From the NCBI GenBank assembly GCA_943846615.1, contig OX044354.1, forward strand, positions 622,359 to 686,358: a stretch of DNA of 64,000 nt. Reading direction: 5' to 3'. Shown piece by piece: positions 45,910 to 55,954 of this stretch. The position numbers and the translations under genes were made by a program. The first letter of the stretch is position 1; every line of letters begins with the position of its first letter. This DNA is from an uncultured Amylibacter sp. GTDB taxonomy: Bacteria; Pseudomonadota; Alphaproteobacteria; Rhodobacterales; Rhodobacteraceae. A model generated the notes under the pieces. That model was not told the DNA's origin. It saw only the letters and a list, made by a program, of their open reading frames with translations, and ran no database searches.

Positions 45910-47117
45910 ATATAGCAAAATACCATCATTATATAGCTGCCAGAATGTTGTTTAAAACCCACGTCCTGAATCATCATCGCCACCATCACATAGCACATTA
46001 ACACGCTGAACCAGATCATCGCATCGTGTGATAAGTATTTAAAAATTAACGCACTTAGGCGAAAGGCGGCTATGGAAACAGTCATGATTAGAATCAGCGC
46101 GCCAATCCCCCCCATCGCTACCAGACATTCTAGAAATGCATTATGGAACCCATCCAGACGATCATCGACGTAGACGCGGATATGGTTCACGGACATGACG
46201 TGTTCACTACTGTGCCAGAACGCGCTGAACCCGACACCCAGCAAAGGCGCGTCGCGCCAAATATCGATTGCGATCTGCCACAATTCCGTGCGTCCAGTTA
46301 GCGTCGTGGTTTTACCCAACGCCGTCAAAATTACGCTGGTTAAAGTTTGTGAGAACATCACCAAACATGTTACGGCGCTCCCCATAATCATCGTTAGAAG
46401 CAATAATATACGTCTGGCCGGGATAACGGGAAATTGGCGTAATGAAAGTAGGAAAAACAACACGAAAACGATTGAAAAGCTACCGATGGCGGTGGTGGAT
46501 TGTGTGTTAATAACCAAAGGTGAGATTAGCAGGGCTAACAAGAATCCCCATGCCTCTTTACCGCGAAACGAGAGCCATGCCAGCAAGGCAAAGCTTGTTA
46601 ACACCGCGCTGTACCCAAAGGCAGTTTTGTGTCCATAGATACCAATTAAACTGCCGTTGATGGGGCTGCTGGCGGGAATGATTGGGGCGATGATATTGAC
46701 CAGTGAAAACAAAAATCCAACCGCCTGCCCGATCAACAATGCCAGCATTAATTGCCGTGTGCTCATCACCTGTGAAATCATTACAGCGATCAAGGTGGTC
46801 ATGAATAATTGAAATCCCGCAACAGGTGTGCGGGTTGGCGCCGATGTCCAGAGCGTCGACAAGATGGCCAGTGCGGGGATTAAGAAAACCGGCCAGTGTC
46901 GGATCAGAATGGAGATCGACCTCTCTGACGATGCTATAAAAATGATCGCAACACAGGCGTAGGCCATCAGCCAGATAGCGGGGGCGACGGGACCAAAGCG
47001 TACGAAGCCGTCGAACATTGTGAAAAATAAAATCGCACAGGCAAAGACCGAGAGATCACTGAACCGTAGATAAGTGCGGTGCGGTGCAATTTGATTTGGG
47101 GTGATGCAAATTGGCAT
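45879..47117 (-). CDS. O-antigen/EPS polymerase or ligase-like membrane protein (Wzy family)
   Basis: ~10-12 TM with a large loop. ATG 47117 lies 1 nt after the stop of the upstream Wzc-like gene. Confidence 0.6.
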   Translation of the reverse strand: MPICITPNQIAPHRTYLRFSDLSVFACAILFFTMFDGFVRFGPVAPAIWLMAYACVAIIFIASSERSISILIRHWPVFLIPALAILSTLWTSAPTRTPVAGFQLFMTTLIAVMISQVMSTRQLMLALLIGQAVGFLFSLVNIIAPIIPASSPINGSLIGIYGHKTAFGYSAVLTSFALLAWLSFRGKEAWGFLLALLISPLVINTQSTTAIGSFSIVFVLFFLLSLRQFPVIPARRILLLLTMIMGSAVTCLVMFSQTLTSVILTALGKTTTLTGRTELWQIAIDIWRDAPLLGVGFSAFWHSSEHVMSVNHIRVYVDDRLDGFHNAFLECLVAMGGIGALILIMTVSIAAFRLSALIFKYLSHDAMIWFSVLMCYVMVAMMIQDVGFKQHSGSYIMMVFCYIYAMPFNRRA

Positions 47118-47118
47118 A

Positions 47119-49107
47119 CTAGGTCCACAAGCGTTGTTGTTGATAACGAAAACGTTCGCGCCCCAAACGATTGCCAAACTGTTTACGTGGGTCGAAATTC
47201 GCCAAGACCAATCCTGCAATATTTGCGTTGCTCATACGGAGATTTTCCAAAGCCTGATGCACGTCTTGGCGGCGTGTTTTTTCAGCACGCACAGACATTA
47301 CAACTTGGTCGCAAAACTGTCCCACAATACGTGCATCTGGGAACAGCAAAACTGGTGGTGTGTCGATGATGACGACATCATATTGTGTGCGCAATTTTTC
47401 CATCATTTCACGAAATGGGGATCCCGCCAACAAGTCAGCGGCGTTTTCAATGCCACCCTTGGCGGGCAGTGTATCAAACCCCGTTTTTTCATCGCGCGTA
47501 ATAGCCTGATCTTCGGGATGGTTATTTTGCAAAATATCGATCAGCGATCCATCATCAGGTGCGCCAAATTCGGATTGAAAGCTAACACGGCGCAGATCAC
47601 ATTCCAGTAGCAAAACCCGTTTTCCAAGAGAGGCAATTTGTTGGGACAAAAGGCGGGAATATGTGGACTTAAACTCGCCTGAAAGTGCGGAGCATACCAT
47701 AAGAGTTTTTGGTGTGTTCGTCATCAATGTCGTACGCAGATTTCGCATTGCGTCGCCCGCGAACGAGGATTGACGGTCCTCGATCACAGCGTTGATAGAT
47801 TGGCCACGACGATGGGCAATGCGTGGGATTGCGCCAAGGACGGGAATGTCGAATGCCTGCGCCAGCTCGTCACTGGTTTGGAAGGTTTGACGCAATCCTT
47901 GGCGAATGAAAAGAAAAGCGGTGCCACATAAAAACCCCACAATTCCCCCCATCAACAGCATCAGTTTTTTGCTGGACGATGAAGTGTTCATTGGCAATTC
48001 GGCGCGGGACAACAGGCGACTGTCGGCACGCTGGATACCCTGTTGGATTGATGTTTCTTTAAGGCGGGTCAGAAAAAACTCGTACAGGTTTTTCGACGCT
48101 TCGGTTTCACGTCGAATTTGACTGAGCGTTTGGAAATCATTCGCCTGATCATGAATTTCATCGGCGGCCAATTGGATCGCCTGATTTAAATTGCTTAACT
48201 GTTCCTTTACACGATTGAATTGCGTAGATCCGCGTAACTTGGCGGTTGTTACGATTGTACGATCGGTGCTTTTGAATTGTACGGCTGGATCATCCGACTG
48301 CACCATAATCGCATCCAGCATCTGATCGTGACGGGTTTGCATATCCACCGCGCGGGCGCGCATTTCCTTCAACTTTATTTCACGGCTTTGTAAATCTTCT
48401 TCGGTTAACAATGCCGTTTTTGCATCGAATTCGCGCATACGCCTTTCGTTGCTTTCCAAATCCCGTTTCAGGTCAGACACCCGTTCTGTCAGCCAAATCG
48501 TGGCCTGGCTGGTTGCCGTTTTCTTGTTTTCTAGCTGGGCACTGATGTATCTTTTCGCAATCGTGTTTGCGATATCTTGGGCCTGTTTGGCATCTGGGCT
48601 GTGCGCTGTGATGTGGAATGCGAAACTGTTCGGGACCAGTTTTATATCGACAGATTTCAACAATTTATCGATGGCAGCGTTCAATGTAGATTGCGTTTCC
48701 ATTGCCCTTTCTGGTGCATTCGGCTTGGGGAAAAGGAACGCCAAATACCCCGGACTTTCGACATCTTTCTGAAACGTAGGACTGTTTTGTAAATCCAGTT
48801 CACGCACAACATCACCCATCAACAGGCGCGAATTAAACACCTCTAACTGGGTGAAAAGGACCAGTTCGTTTGAATACCCTGCCAGAGGCATATCCGACAC
48901 AACGCCCTGGATACCATCGATACGTTGCACCTGCGTTTCCAACGCTAAAACGGCAGTGGCGCTGTACTTGGGAGCCATGCGTACGAAGGCCATATAGCCC
49001 GCAAGTGCAATACCCAGAATCACCGACAGAAACAATTTCCAACGTCCAATGCGCAGCGTTTCCCAGATGGCGTTCAGATCAACCAAATTCTCTTTATCTT
49101 GGTGCAT
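47119..49107 (-). CDS. polysaccharide co-polymerase / BY-kinase-like protein (Wzc/ExoP family)
   Basis: Has a Wzz-type N-terminus with 2 TM and a coiled coil. The C-terminal P-loop domain carries a degenerate Walker A (SALSGEFKST), Walker A' (LLLECDLRR) and Walker B (YDVVIIDTPP). Confidence 0.75.
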   Translation of the reverse strand: MHQDKENLVDLNAIWETLRIGRWKLFLSVILGIALAGYMAFVRMAPKYSATAVLALETQVQRIDGIQGVVSDMPLAGYSNELVLFTQLEVFNSRLLMGDVVRELDLQNSPTFQKDVESPGYLAFLFPKPNAPERAMETQSTLNAAIDKLLKSVDIKLVPNSFAFHITAHSPDAKQAQDIANTIAKRYISAQLENKKTATSQATIWLTERVSDLKRDLESNERRMREFDAKTALLTEEDLQSREIKLKEMRARAVDMQTRHDQMLDAIMVQSDDPAVQFKSTDRTIVTTAKLRGSTQFNRVKEQLSNLNQAIQLAADEIHDQANDFQTLSQIRRETEASKNLYEFFLTRLKETSIQQGIQRADSRLLSRAELPMNTSSSSKKLMLLMGGIVGFLCGTAFLFIRQGLRQTFQTSDELAQAFDIPVLGAIPRIAHRRGQSINAVIEDRQSSFAGDAMRNLRTTLMTNTPKTLMVCSALSGEFKSTYSRLLSQQIASLGKRVLLLECDLRRVSFQSEFGAPDDGSLIDILQNNHPEDQAITRDEKTGFDTLPAKGGIENAADLLAGSPFREMMEKLRTQYDVVIIDTPPVLLFPDARIVGQFCDQVVMSVRAEKTRRQDVHQALENLRMSNANIAGLVLANFDPRKQFGNRLGRERFRYQQQRLWT

Positions 49108-51100
49108 TTACGGCCTCCTTCAAACATCCTCGCGCGGGGAAATTAGTGGGATGTTGCTCGCTGATGGGCGCTGAAAAAGTGATGCCAGTCATGTCGGTGA
49201 ATTGTTGGATATCGGGATACATATCGATCCACATCGCCATTTTCATGGTGTCAGAAAATGTTGGCGGTATCCGAATTTTTTTCGTTTCGAGTTGCCGCTT
49301 GGCCCACTGTTTCACACCAGTAGGCAGATGGGATTTTAACGTCACAAAAAATGATTTTTCAGCGATGCGAAATACGGATTTGGGAAGGCTTGCCAGACTT
49401 CTGCTGCTATTAACGCGATTTGCGGTATCTGTTGACCAAGCGTCTGAAACATCCAAAAAATCCGAAATTTGCCTCAATGTCGACTGTGGATTTTTCACCA
49501 AATCATCGAAGTTTAATACCAACAATTGACTGGCGTGATAATATTTTAGGAATTGTTCGATCTGGCGATGATAGCTGCTGGTATCAATCAAATGCGCCCA
49601 TTCGTGCGATCCCAAAAGATGTGCCGTATCAGGCGGGTTTTGGCCCGACAGAAAGGAATGGTTATATTGCGAAATCGCACGATCCACGGGATGACGCACG
49701 ATATAGATTATTTTCGCATCGGGGATCACTGCATGCATCCGCTTTGGCACATCAGGGAATGCCGCCGCCTTGGTATAATTAGGAGAAAACTCGCCACAGA
49801 CTTTCGTGCGATTGGGAAACAATCCCTTGTACCAACCCAGCCCACGATCCAGGTTTTTCGATTTGATAAAGTAGTCCGTTTCCTTGATCCGACTGACGCC
49901 AATATCGGGGTGCTGGGCACAGTAATCATACAGTGTCGTCGTTCCCGCCCGCATAGCGCCAATACATACGAAATCAGGCAGGCGTACACGTGGGCGAGGC
50001 TTGAATGAAATAGCTTGCGCAAATTCGGTTGCGGTCATGCAAAACAATGCTGGATCCAGTTTTAGAATATCCTGACGTTTGGTCTGTGTGTCCGCTCGAT
50101 CAAGTTCCATAAGAAAATCCGCCAAGCCATTCGCATCGCGAATGACATAACCAATGTCCAAATCCGCTACCTTGCGTGCGGTGGCCGTGCCGGCGATGCA
50201 GATGCTGGGGCAACCATGCCAAGCAGCCTCGTAAATGCGATTGGGCAACAGCCAGTTGGAATTTGCACCCTTTTGCCACAAATCTTGGGCCCAAACCAAA
50301 TTCATTTGTCCATACACATCCGCCAGCCCATCAGGGTATTCATAAGCACCGTGAAAAATCACATTTTCACGTGCGGCAACGTGGTGATCGAAATAACGCA
50401 AGGCATGTTTATGCACCTTGCCATGAATATGGATTTCGACGTTTCCCATCTTATCCGCTAGTTTCATCAAAATTTCGAAACTTGGCTGACAGCGAATATT
50501 TCCGACCCAACCGATACGAATTTTGTCCCTATGCGACGCTGTGAAACGAGGGCGAAGTTTGGTTAGCGCACCTTGCCATAGTTTGTTTTCCAACAATCTC
50601 CAGTCGCCCTGAAATCCCTGAACTTTTTTGAAATATTCAGAAACGAAATCCGGAGAGGAAACAATTAAGCGTGTTGTGTGACGTAGTAAAAAGCGTTCCA
50701 GAAAACGCGCGAGAGGCTGCTTAAACCCACCGTTGGTGAATATGCCGTGGATGTCCAGCACTTCGTAAAACATGGGGGCCCGTGCCCAGATCAACAGGCG
50801 TATGAACCAAGCAAAAAACAACATATCCATGTTGCGGGCATAGATAAGATCAATCTTCTGCAACCCGCGAATGTGTATAAGTGTACACGGAATGGCCCAC
50901 AGGATTTTGCCGATACGGCCCGTCAAATTTTGATCATCAGTGCGACCCAAATCCAGATGTTCACCAATCGATGCAATTTTATCATCGCATTTTCGAAACC
51001 CAACCACATGCACCTGATTGCCCAGTGTTTGTAGTGCCAAAATACGGCGTTGTTGTGCCGCATCGGATAAATCACCCGCAAAGATAAGGATGTCCGTCAT
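49094..51100 (-). CDS. glycosyltransferase fused to a C-terminal sulfotransferase domain
   Basis: The N-terminal ~380 aa are GT-B-like. The C-terminus carries FVCIGAMRAGTTTLYDY and IIYIVRHPVDRAISQYNH (PAPS motifs). The start MTDILIF (ATG 51100) forms an ATGA overlap with the upstream GT2 stop. Confidence 0.75.
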   Translation of the reverse strand: MTDILIFAGDLSDAAQQRRILALQTLGNQVHVVGFRKCDDKIASIGEHLDLGRTDDQNLTGRIGKILWAIPCTLIHIRGLQKIDLIYARNMDMLFFAWFIRLLIWARAPMFYEVLDIHGIFTNGGFKQPLARFLERFLLRHTTRLIVSSPDFVSEYFKKVQGFQGDWRLLENKLWQGALTKLRPRFTASHRDKIRIGWVGNIRCQPSFEILMKLADKMGNVEIHIHGKVHKHALRYFDHHVAARENVIFHGAYEYPDGLADVYGQMNLVWAQDLWQKGANSNWLLPNRIYEAAWHGCPSICIAGTATARKVADLDIGYVIRDANGLADFLMELDRADTQTKRQDILKLDPALFCMTATEFAQAISFKPRPRVRLPDFVCIGAMRAGTTTLYDYCAQHPDIGVSRIKETDYFIKSKNLDRGLGWYKGLFPNRTKVCGEFSPNYTKAAAFPDVPKRMHAVIPDAKIIYIVRHPVDRAISQYNHSFLSGQNPPDTAHLLGSHEWAHLIDTSSYHRQIEQFLKYYHASQLLVLNFDDLVKNPQSTLRQISDFLDVSDAWSTDTANRVNSSRSLASLPKSVFRIAEKSFFVTLKSHLPTGVKQWAKRQLETKKIRIPPTFSDTMKMAMWIDMYPDIQQFTDMTGITFSAPISEQHPTNFPARGCLKEAVNAPR

Positions 51101-52011
51101 CTGCCCCCCTTGCGCCGTGGCCGAATACCACGGGTGAAAACGCCAAAATGAAACAAGCAACGCATCAACCAGAAACCTGCCCGTTTGGCAGACAGTGCAA
51201 ACACAAGCGTGCAAATCGCGCTGTAGATCGATTTGATCAACGCCGATGCAACCAATGCCACGCGATGCATGTCCAGCATGGCAATGTCTGCGAAACTCTG
51301 ACCACTGCGGAAACGTCGTTTCGTCAACCAGCGCAGGTTCAGGCGGTTGTTGGTGACGGGTTCGTGCACAATCGCATTGGGATTGAACGACAGGATCGCG
51401 CCCAAATGATGCAGGCGGTTAAAAAAATCCGTATCCTCGCCCCCAGTGGTTCCAAGTGCCAAGTCAAAGCGTTGCACTGCCCACGGCATGTCGCGCCACC
51501 GTATCATCACGTTCCCAGCGTAGCCTGTGTTTATCTCCTCCGAGGGTGACAGCGTGGTCGTGTGAAAATCGTTATCTATGATCCAAGTCGGCGCACTCTT
51601 TGGGTAGCACGCCAAAACGGGGCCAAAGGCCACGTCATTCCCCGACATACCACGCCACAACTGCGCCAACCAATCCGTAGGTGCGGTTTCATCATCGTCG
51701 ATAAATGCCACAAAATCACCCGTCGCGTGATCCAAACATGCATTTCGCGCGATGGATATATTACCAACGGGGGCATGAATATATTGCACTAATGTTTCGG
51801 TGTCATTGGCATGTTCCAAAACGCATTTCTGTGCTGATTTTGTTGGCGCATTATCGGCTACAATGACATTCATCACTACACCGGCAGGTAATTTCTGTGC
51901 CAAAACCGAGGCCAAACAATCATCCAGCGTCGCACGCTGAAACGTGCAAATGAGAACGTCAATTTGGATGGGATCAGGCACATGATACCCCGCGCAAACG
52001 GGTATGTACAA
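51097..52011 (-). CDS. family 2 glycosyltransferase
   Basis: DVLICTFQRATLDDCLASVLAQ and VAFIDDDE (DxD). Confidence 0.8.
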   Translation of the reverse strand: MYIPVCAGYHVPDPIQIDVLICTFQRATLDDCLASVLAQKLPAGVVMNVIVADNAPTKSAQKCVLEHANDTETLVQYIHAPVGNISIARNACLDHATGDFVAFIDDDETAPTDWLAQLWRGMSGNDVAFGPVLACYPKSAPTWIIDNDFHTTTLSPSEEINTGYAGNVMIRWRDMPWAVQRFDLALGTTGGEDTDFFNRLHHLGAILSFNPNAIVHEPVTNNRLNLRWLTKRRFRSGQSFADIAMLDMHRVALVASALIKSIYSAICTLVFALSAKRAGFWLMRCLFHFGVFTRGIRPRRKGGR

Positions 52012-52954
52012 AACCAGCCGCCCATGCGTTGTGCATCGCCGCCAATGCTGGTCCAGCCCACAAACCGGACAGGTTGCGCAATTTGGTTGCCGCCACCAAT
52101 GAAATGCCGATCAGTGTCAAAATATATAAAGTCGGTAAAACCACCAACCAAGGCAGCCAGATCGCGCCAACCATACAGGCCAACATTAAAAACAGGTTCA
52201 CGGCGGGCAGGCTTTGGCGAAATTTTGGCCGCAACCCGTGTTTGGCACAGGTACGCGCGCGGCCCCTACCGTAGTTAAAATATTGGCGCTGCAATGCCCA
52301 AAGAGATCCACGCATATGATATGAAATCCGCGCATCGCCATTCATCCAAATCTTACCACCCGCGCGTGTTACGCGGTAATCGTATTCAGCGTCTTCATTA
52401 TGGCTAAAGTCCGTGTCATACCCGCCGACGGATCGAAACCAATCCAATCGCATCCCCGCGTGATGTCCATGATCAACCAATCCCGTAAAACGCCCACCGC
52501 GATGTTTAGCACCGCCATTGCCCAACACAGTATCAACAATCCACGCGGCACCCTTGGCGAATGCGTTATGGCCTGTAGCATCCATCGGAACAACAACGCT
52601 GGCGATATCATGCGCGTTGAAATCATTCAAAATCAGCGCGATAAAATCAGGCGGATAAACCGCATGCGCATCGCAACGGATCAGAATTTCATGAGCCTGT
52701 GTCCCGCATCGTGATACCGCCATATTCACACCGCTGGATTGAATGCGCCTGTCGTTTTTCCAAAACTTAAGACTGGGAATGTCGTGCATCAATTCGCGAA
52801 CGATCTGTTGGGTTCTATCGGTACTGTTCCCATCGACCACCACAATCGTCGCGTCGGGGGCCTGTTCGTACAGACCGTTCAAGCATGCGCTGATGTTGGC
52901 TTCTTCGTTTAATGTTGGAACGGCGATAAGGATGGATTTTTGGTTGAACTTCAA
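51974..52954 (-). CDS. family 2 glycosyltransferase (ExoA-like)
   Basis: ILIAVPTLNEEANISACL, VVVDGNSTDRT, and a C-terminal TM region. Confidence 0.8.
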   Translation of the reverse strand: MKFNQKSILIAVPTLNEEANISACLNGLYEQAPDATIVVVDGNSTDRTQQIVRELMHDIPSLKFWKNDRRIQSSGVNMAVSRCGTQAHEILIRCDAHAVYPPDFIALILNDFNAHDIASVVVPMDATGHNAFAKGAAWIVDTVLGNGGAKHRGGRFTGLVDHGHHAGMRLDWFRSVGGYDTDFSHNEDAEYDYRVTRAGGKIWMNGDARISYHMRGSLWALQRQYFNYGRGRARTCAKHGLRPKFRQSLPAVNLFLMLACMVGAIWLPWLVVLPTLYILTLIGISLVAATKLRNLSGLWAGPALAAMHNAWAAGFVHTRLRGVSCA

Positions 52955-53234
52955 AACTCAAAATACTCCGCAGAAATTTAGACGGTTTTTGCCGTACCCC
53001 AACAACCGCCACTACAAACACGCGCACCTTTCCGTCACGTGACAGAAAAATGGTAAATCAACTGTAAACAACAATGCAAAAACAGCGTTAATACATGGTT
53101 AACAGGCGCGTGAAGAACGCAATGTTCGCCAAATTTTTTTATAAAACCATCATTCTTCGTTTGGTTAAGAGTTTGTGAACCTTTGTCCGCAATTTTTTAC
53201 AAATTATTCATTCCTTGATCATCAGGCGGACATT

Positions 53235-53901
53235 ATGAGCTTTCAATTTAACAGCCTTCAATTCGACGATGCGCGAATACATACGCGCGGGAAGTATCCA
53301 TTGCTTGCAAAGCGGTATTTAGACATTGCGATCATCCTACTGACCGTCCCTATCACTCTGATAGCAATGATTTTTTTTAACCCTCATTTGTGCAATGGAC
53401 GGGTATTCACCCTTTTATTCTCAAACACGTGTTGGACGAAATGGGCGATTATTTAAATGTTGGAAATTTCGTACGATGGTAGCCAACAATGAACGCATTC
53501 TACAGCGCCATTTGTCCAAGAATCCAAATGCCATGCTGGAATGGTTGGCGTTGAATAAATTGAAAAACGATCCGCGCATTACCCCAATCGGACGGTTTTT
53601 GCGCCAAAGCAGCCTGGATGAATTACCCCAGCTTTTTAATATTTTACGTGGAGAGATGAGCATTGTTGGCCCCCGCCCCATTGTCCCCGAAGAAATGGAA
53701 AAGTATGGCGACAACGTCAAACATTACTTAGCTCTTCGCCCGGGACTGACTGGGTTGTGGCAGACCAGTGGACGCAATGATATTGATTACGACGCCCGTG
53801 TTGGATTGGATGTGACTTATCAACAAACGCTGTCCTTGGCGATGGACTTGAAAATCATCTATCGCACTTTTGGTACCGTGTTGACGCGCACGGGGTTTTA
53901 G
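53235..53901 (+). pseudogene. exoY: ExoY-like undecaprenyl-phosphate sugar phosphotransferase, frame broken at a T8 run
   Basis: The first ORF gives the TM helix KRYLDIAIILLTVPITLIAMIFF. The second frame gives DGYSPFYSQTRVGRNGRLFKCWKFRTM...LDELPQL...IVGPRP...RPGLTGLWQ. The frames join if the T8 at 53371-53378 were T7. Confidence 0.8.
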
Positions 53902-53979
53902 TGCCGGTTTTGCATTTACAATTTGGTTAACGGCTATACAGTTGGCCCATCAAAACATGGCGGCAATTGGAATAAAATT

Positions 53980-54867
53980 ATGAAAAATCGCATCACAAAG
54001 GCCGTCTTCCCAGTCGCGGGATTAGGCACGCGTTTTTTGCCCGCGACCAAGTCTATTCCAAAAGAGCTATTACCCTTGGTTGATCGCCCGTTGGTGCAGT
54101 ATGCGGTAGATGAAGCACGCGAAGCGGGGATTGAGAGTTTTCTGTTTGTATCGGCACGCGGCAAAACCGCCATGGCTGACTATTTTGATAAACATCCGTC
54201 ATTGGAACACCGTTTAAGCAAGGACGGCAAAGATGATTTACTGTCGAAATTGCAGAACTCAAATATCGCGTCTGGTGATATTGCCTATGTTCGCCAAGGC
54301 GAGCCATTGGGATTGGGCCACGCGGTTGCATGTGCGCGGCAATTCGTGGATCACGACGAATATTTCGCGGTGATCTTGCCCGATGATGTAATCAAAGGCA
54401 AACCAGGTTGTCTACGCCAGATGGTCGATGCGTGGCATGAACGCCCTGCGAATTATGTGGGAACGATGCAGGTCGAACCTGATCAGATTTCATCCTATGG
54501 TATTTTAGACGTCGCTTCTGAAGCGGGCCGACGGATCAAGGCCCGTGGTTTGGTTGAGAAGCCCTCAGTGGATGAAGCCCCTTCAAACAATGCCGTTATC
54601 GGACGCTATCTGTTGTCGCCAAATATCATGCATCGTTTGGTTAAAACCGTGCCCGGTTTTGGTGGCGAAATCCAATTAACCGACGCGATCAATGCCGAAG
54701 CCGCATCGCCCGAAGGGGTGTACGGATATCGTTTTGATGCCCAACGTTATGATTGCGGATCAATGGCTGGTTTTTTAAAGGCAACCATTGATTTTGGTCT
54801 GGATCGCCCAGAATTACGTGATGAATTGATGGACTATATGCGCACCATTTTGGACAGCGCGAAATAA
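53980..54867 (+). CDS. galU: UTP--glucose-1-phosphate uridylyltransferase
   Basis: VFPVAGLGTRFLPATKSIPKELLPLVDRPLVQYAVDEA. Confidence 0.9.
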   Translation: MKNRITKAVFPVAGLGTRFLPATKSIPKELLPLVDRPLVQYAVDEAREAGIESFLFVSARGKTAMADYFDKHPSLEHRLSKDGKDDLLSKLQNSNIASGDIAYVRQGEPLGLGHAVACARQFVDHDEYFAVILPDDVIKGKPGCLRQMVDAWHERPANYVGTMQVEPDQISSYGILDVASEAGRRIKARGLVEKPSVDEAPSNNAVIGRYLLSPNIMHRLVKTVPGFGGEIQLTDAINAEAASPEGVYGYRFDAQRYDCGSMAGFLKATIDFGLDRPELRDELMDYMRTILDSAK

Positions 54868-55887
54868 TCAACCGTCGGTAACACCCGCCTGTGCGAATGT
54901 TGCCATACCCGAATGGCACGCGATTGCGCCTTTCAGAACACCAATCGCCAGTGCGCCACCCGAACCCTCGCCCAGACGTAGACCAAGCGACAGCAATGGT
55001 TCCTTTTTCAAATGCGCCAACATTGCCTTGTGCGCCTGTTCATCGGATTGATGCCCTGCAACACAGTGATCCAACGAACCTGAAACGGCACTATCTAAAC
55101 ACGCGGCGGCGGCAGTGCAGATAAAGCCATCCAAAATGACAGGGATTGATTTGGCACGTGCCGATGCGATTGCACCCGCCATTGCCGCCAATTCGCGCCC
55201 CCCCAGACAACGCAGGGTTTCCAATCCATTTTCGATGGCTGATGGGTTCGCCGCCAAACCAGCCGCAACAACACGCGCCTTGTTTGCAACACCATGGTCA
55301 TCAACACCTGTGCCGCGCCCAACCCAATCATCGGCCGTGCCGCCAAATAGAGCGTTTGCAATGGCCGCAGCGGGGGTGGTATTACCAATGCCCATTTCGC
55401 CTGCAACAAACAGATCAGCGTTTTCATCAACAGCGTTCCAGCCCGCGCTCAATGCCGCAACGACCTCATCCTCGCTCATGGCGGGGCCCGTTGTGAAATC
55501 ATTTGTAGGTGTGTCCAGATCCAAGGCCACAACGTCCATGCTGGCGCCAAAGGCGGCGGATAATTGATTGATCGCCGCGCCACCATTTTGGAAATTCATC
55601 ACCATTTGTTCTGTAACTTCGGCGGGAAATGCCGATACGCCCTGCGCGGTTACACCATGGTTTCCTGCAAATACCACCACCTGAGGTGCGTCTAATGTTG
55701 GGGCAGCTTCCCCGCGCCAAGATGCGTACCAAATCGCCAATTCTTCCAATCGGCCCAAGGCACCTGGTGGTTTGGTCAACTGACCATTGCGATCCGTTGC
55801 ATCACTGGCCGCTTTCGCGTCTGCGATGGGCATTTCCAACAACAACTTTTTAAATTCTGACAGACTGGCAAAAGGGGTATTGGACAT
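54868..55887 (-). CDS. cobT: nicotinate-nucleotide--dimethylbenzimidazole phosphoribosyltransferase
   Basis: [20 protein letters not shown] and GEMGIGNTT motifs. 339 aa. Confidence 0.9.
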   Translation of the reverse strand: MSNTPFASLSEFKKLLLEMPIADAKAASDATDRNGQLTKPPGALGRLEELAIWYASWRGEAAPTLDAPQVVVFAGNHGVTAQGVSAFPAEVTEQMVMNFQNGGAAINQLSAAFGASMDVVALDLDTPTNDFTTGPAMSEDEVVAALSAGWNAVDENADLFVAGEMGIGNTTPAAAIANALFGGTADDWVGRGTGVDDHGVANKARVVAAGLAANPSAIENGLETLRCLGGRELAAMAGAIASARAKSIPVILDGFICTAAAACLDSAVSGSLDHCVAGHQSDEQAHKAMLAHLKKEPLLSLGLRLGEGSGGALAIGVLKGAIACHSGMATFAQAGVTDG

Positions 55888-55954
55888 GGCGCGTTCACTT
55901 CTTCATTGATTTATCCAACTTAATAACGCCATTTAGTCCCAGATCAATTCCCAA

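Noticed and set aside
55888-55954. A cobalamin riboswitch between cobT and cobS
   Set aside because: The intergenic region is only 67 nt, too short for a B12 riboswitch, and I saw no B12-box-like sequence.
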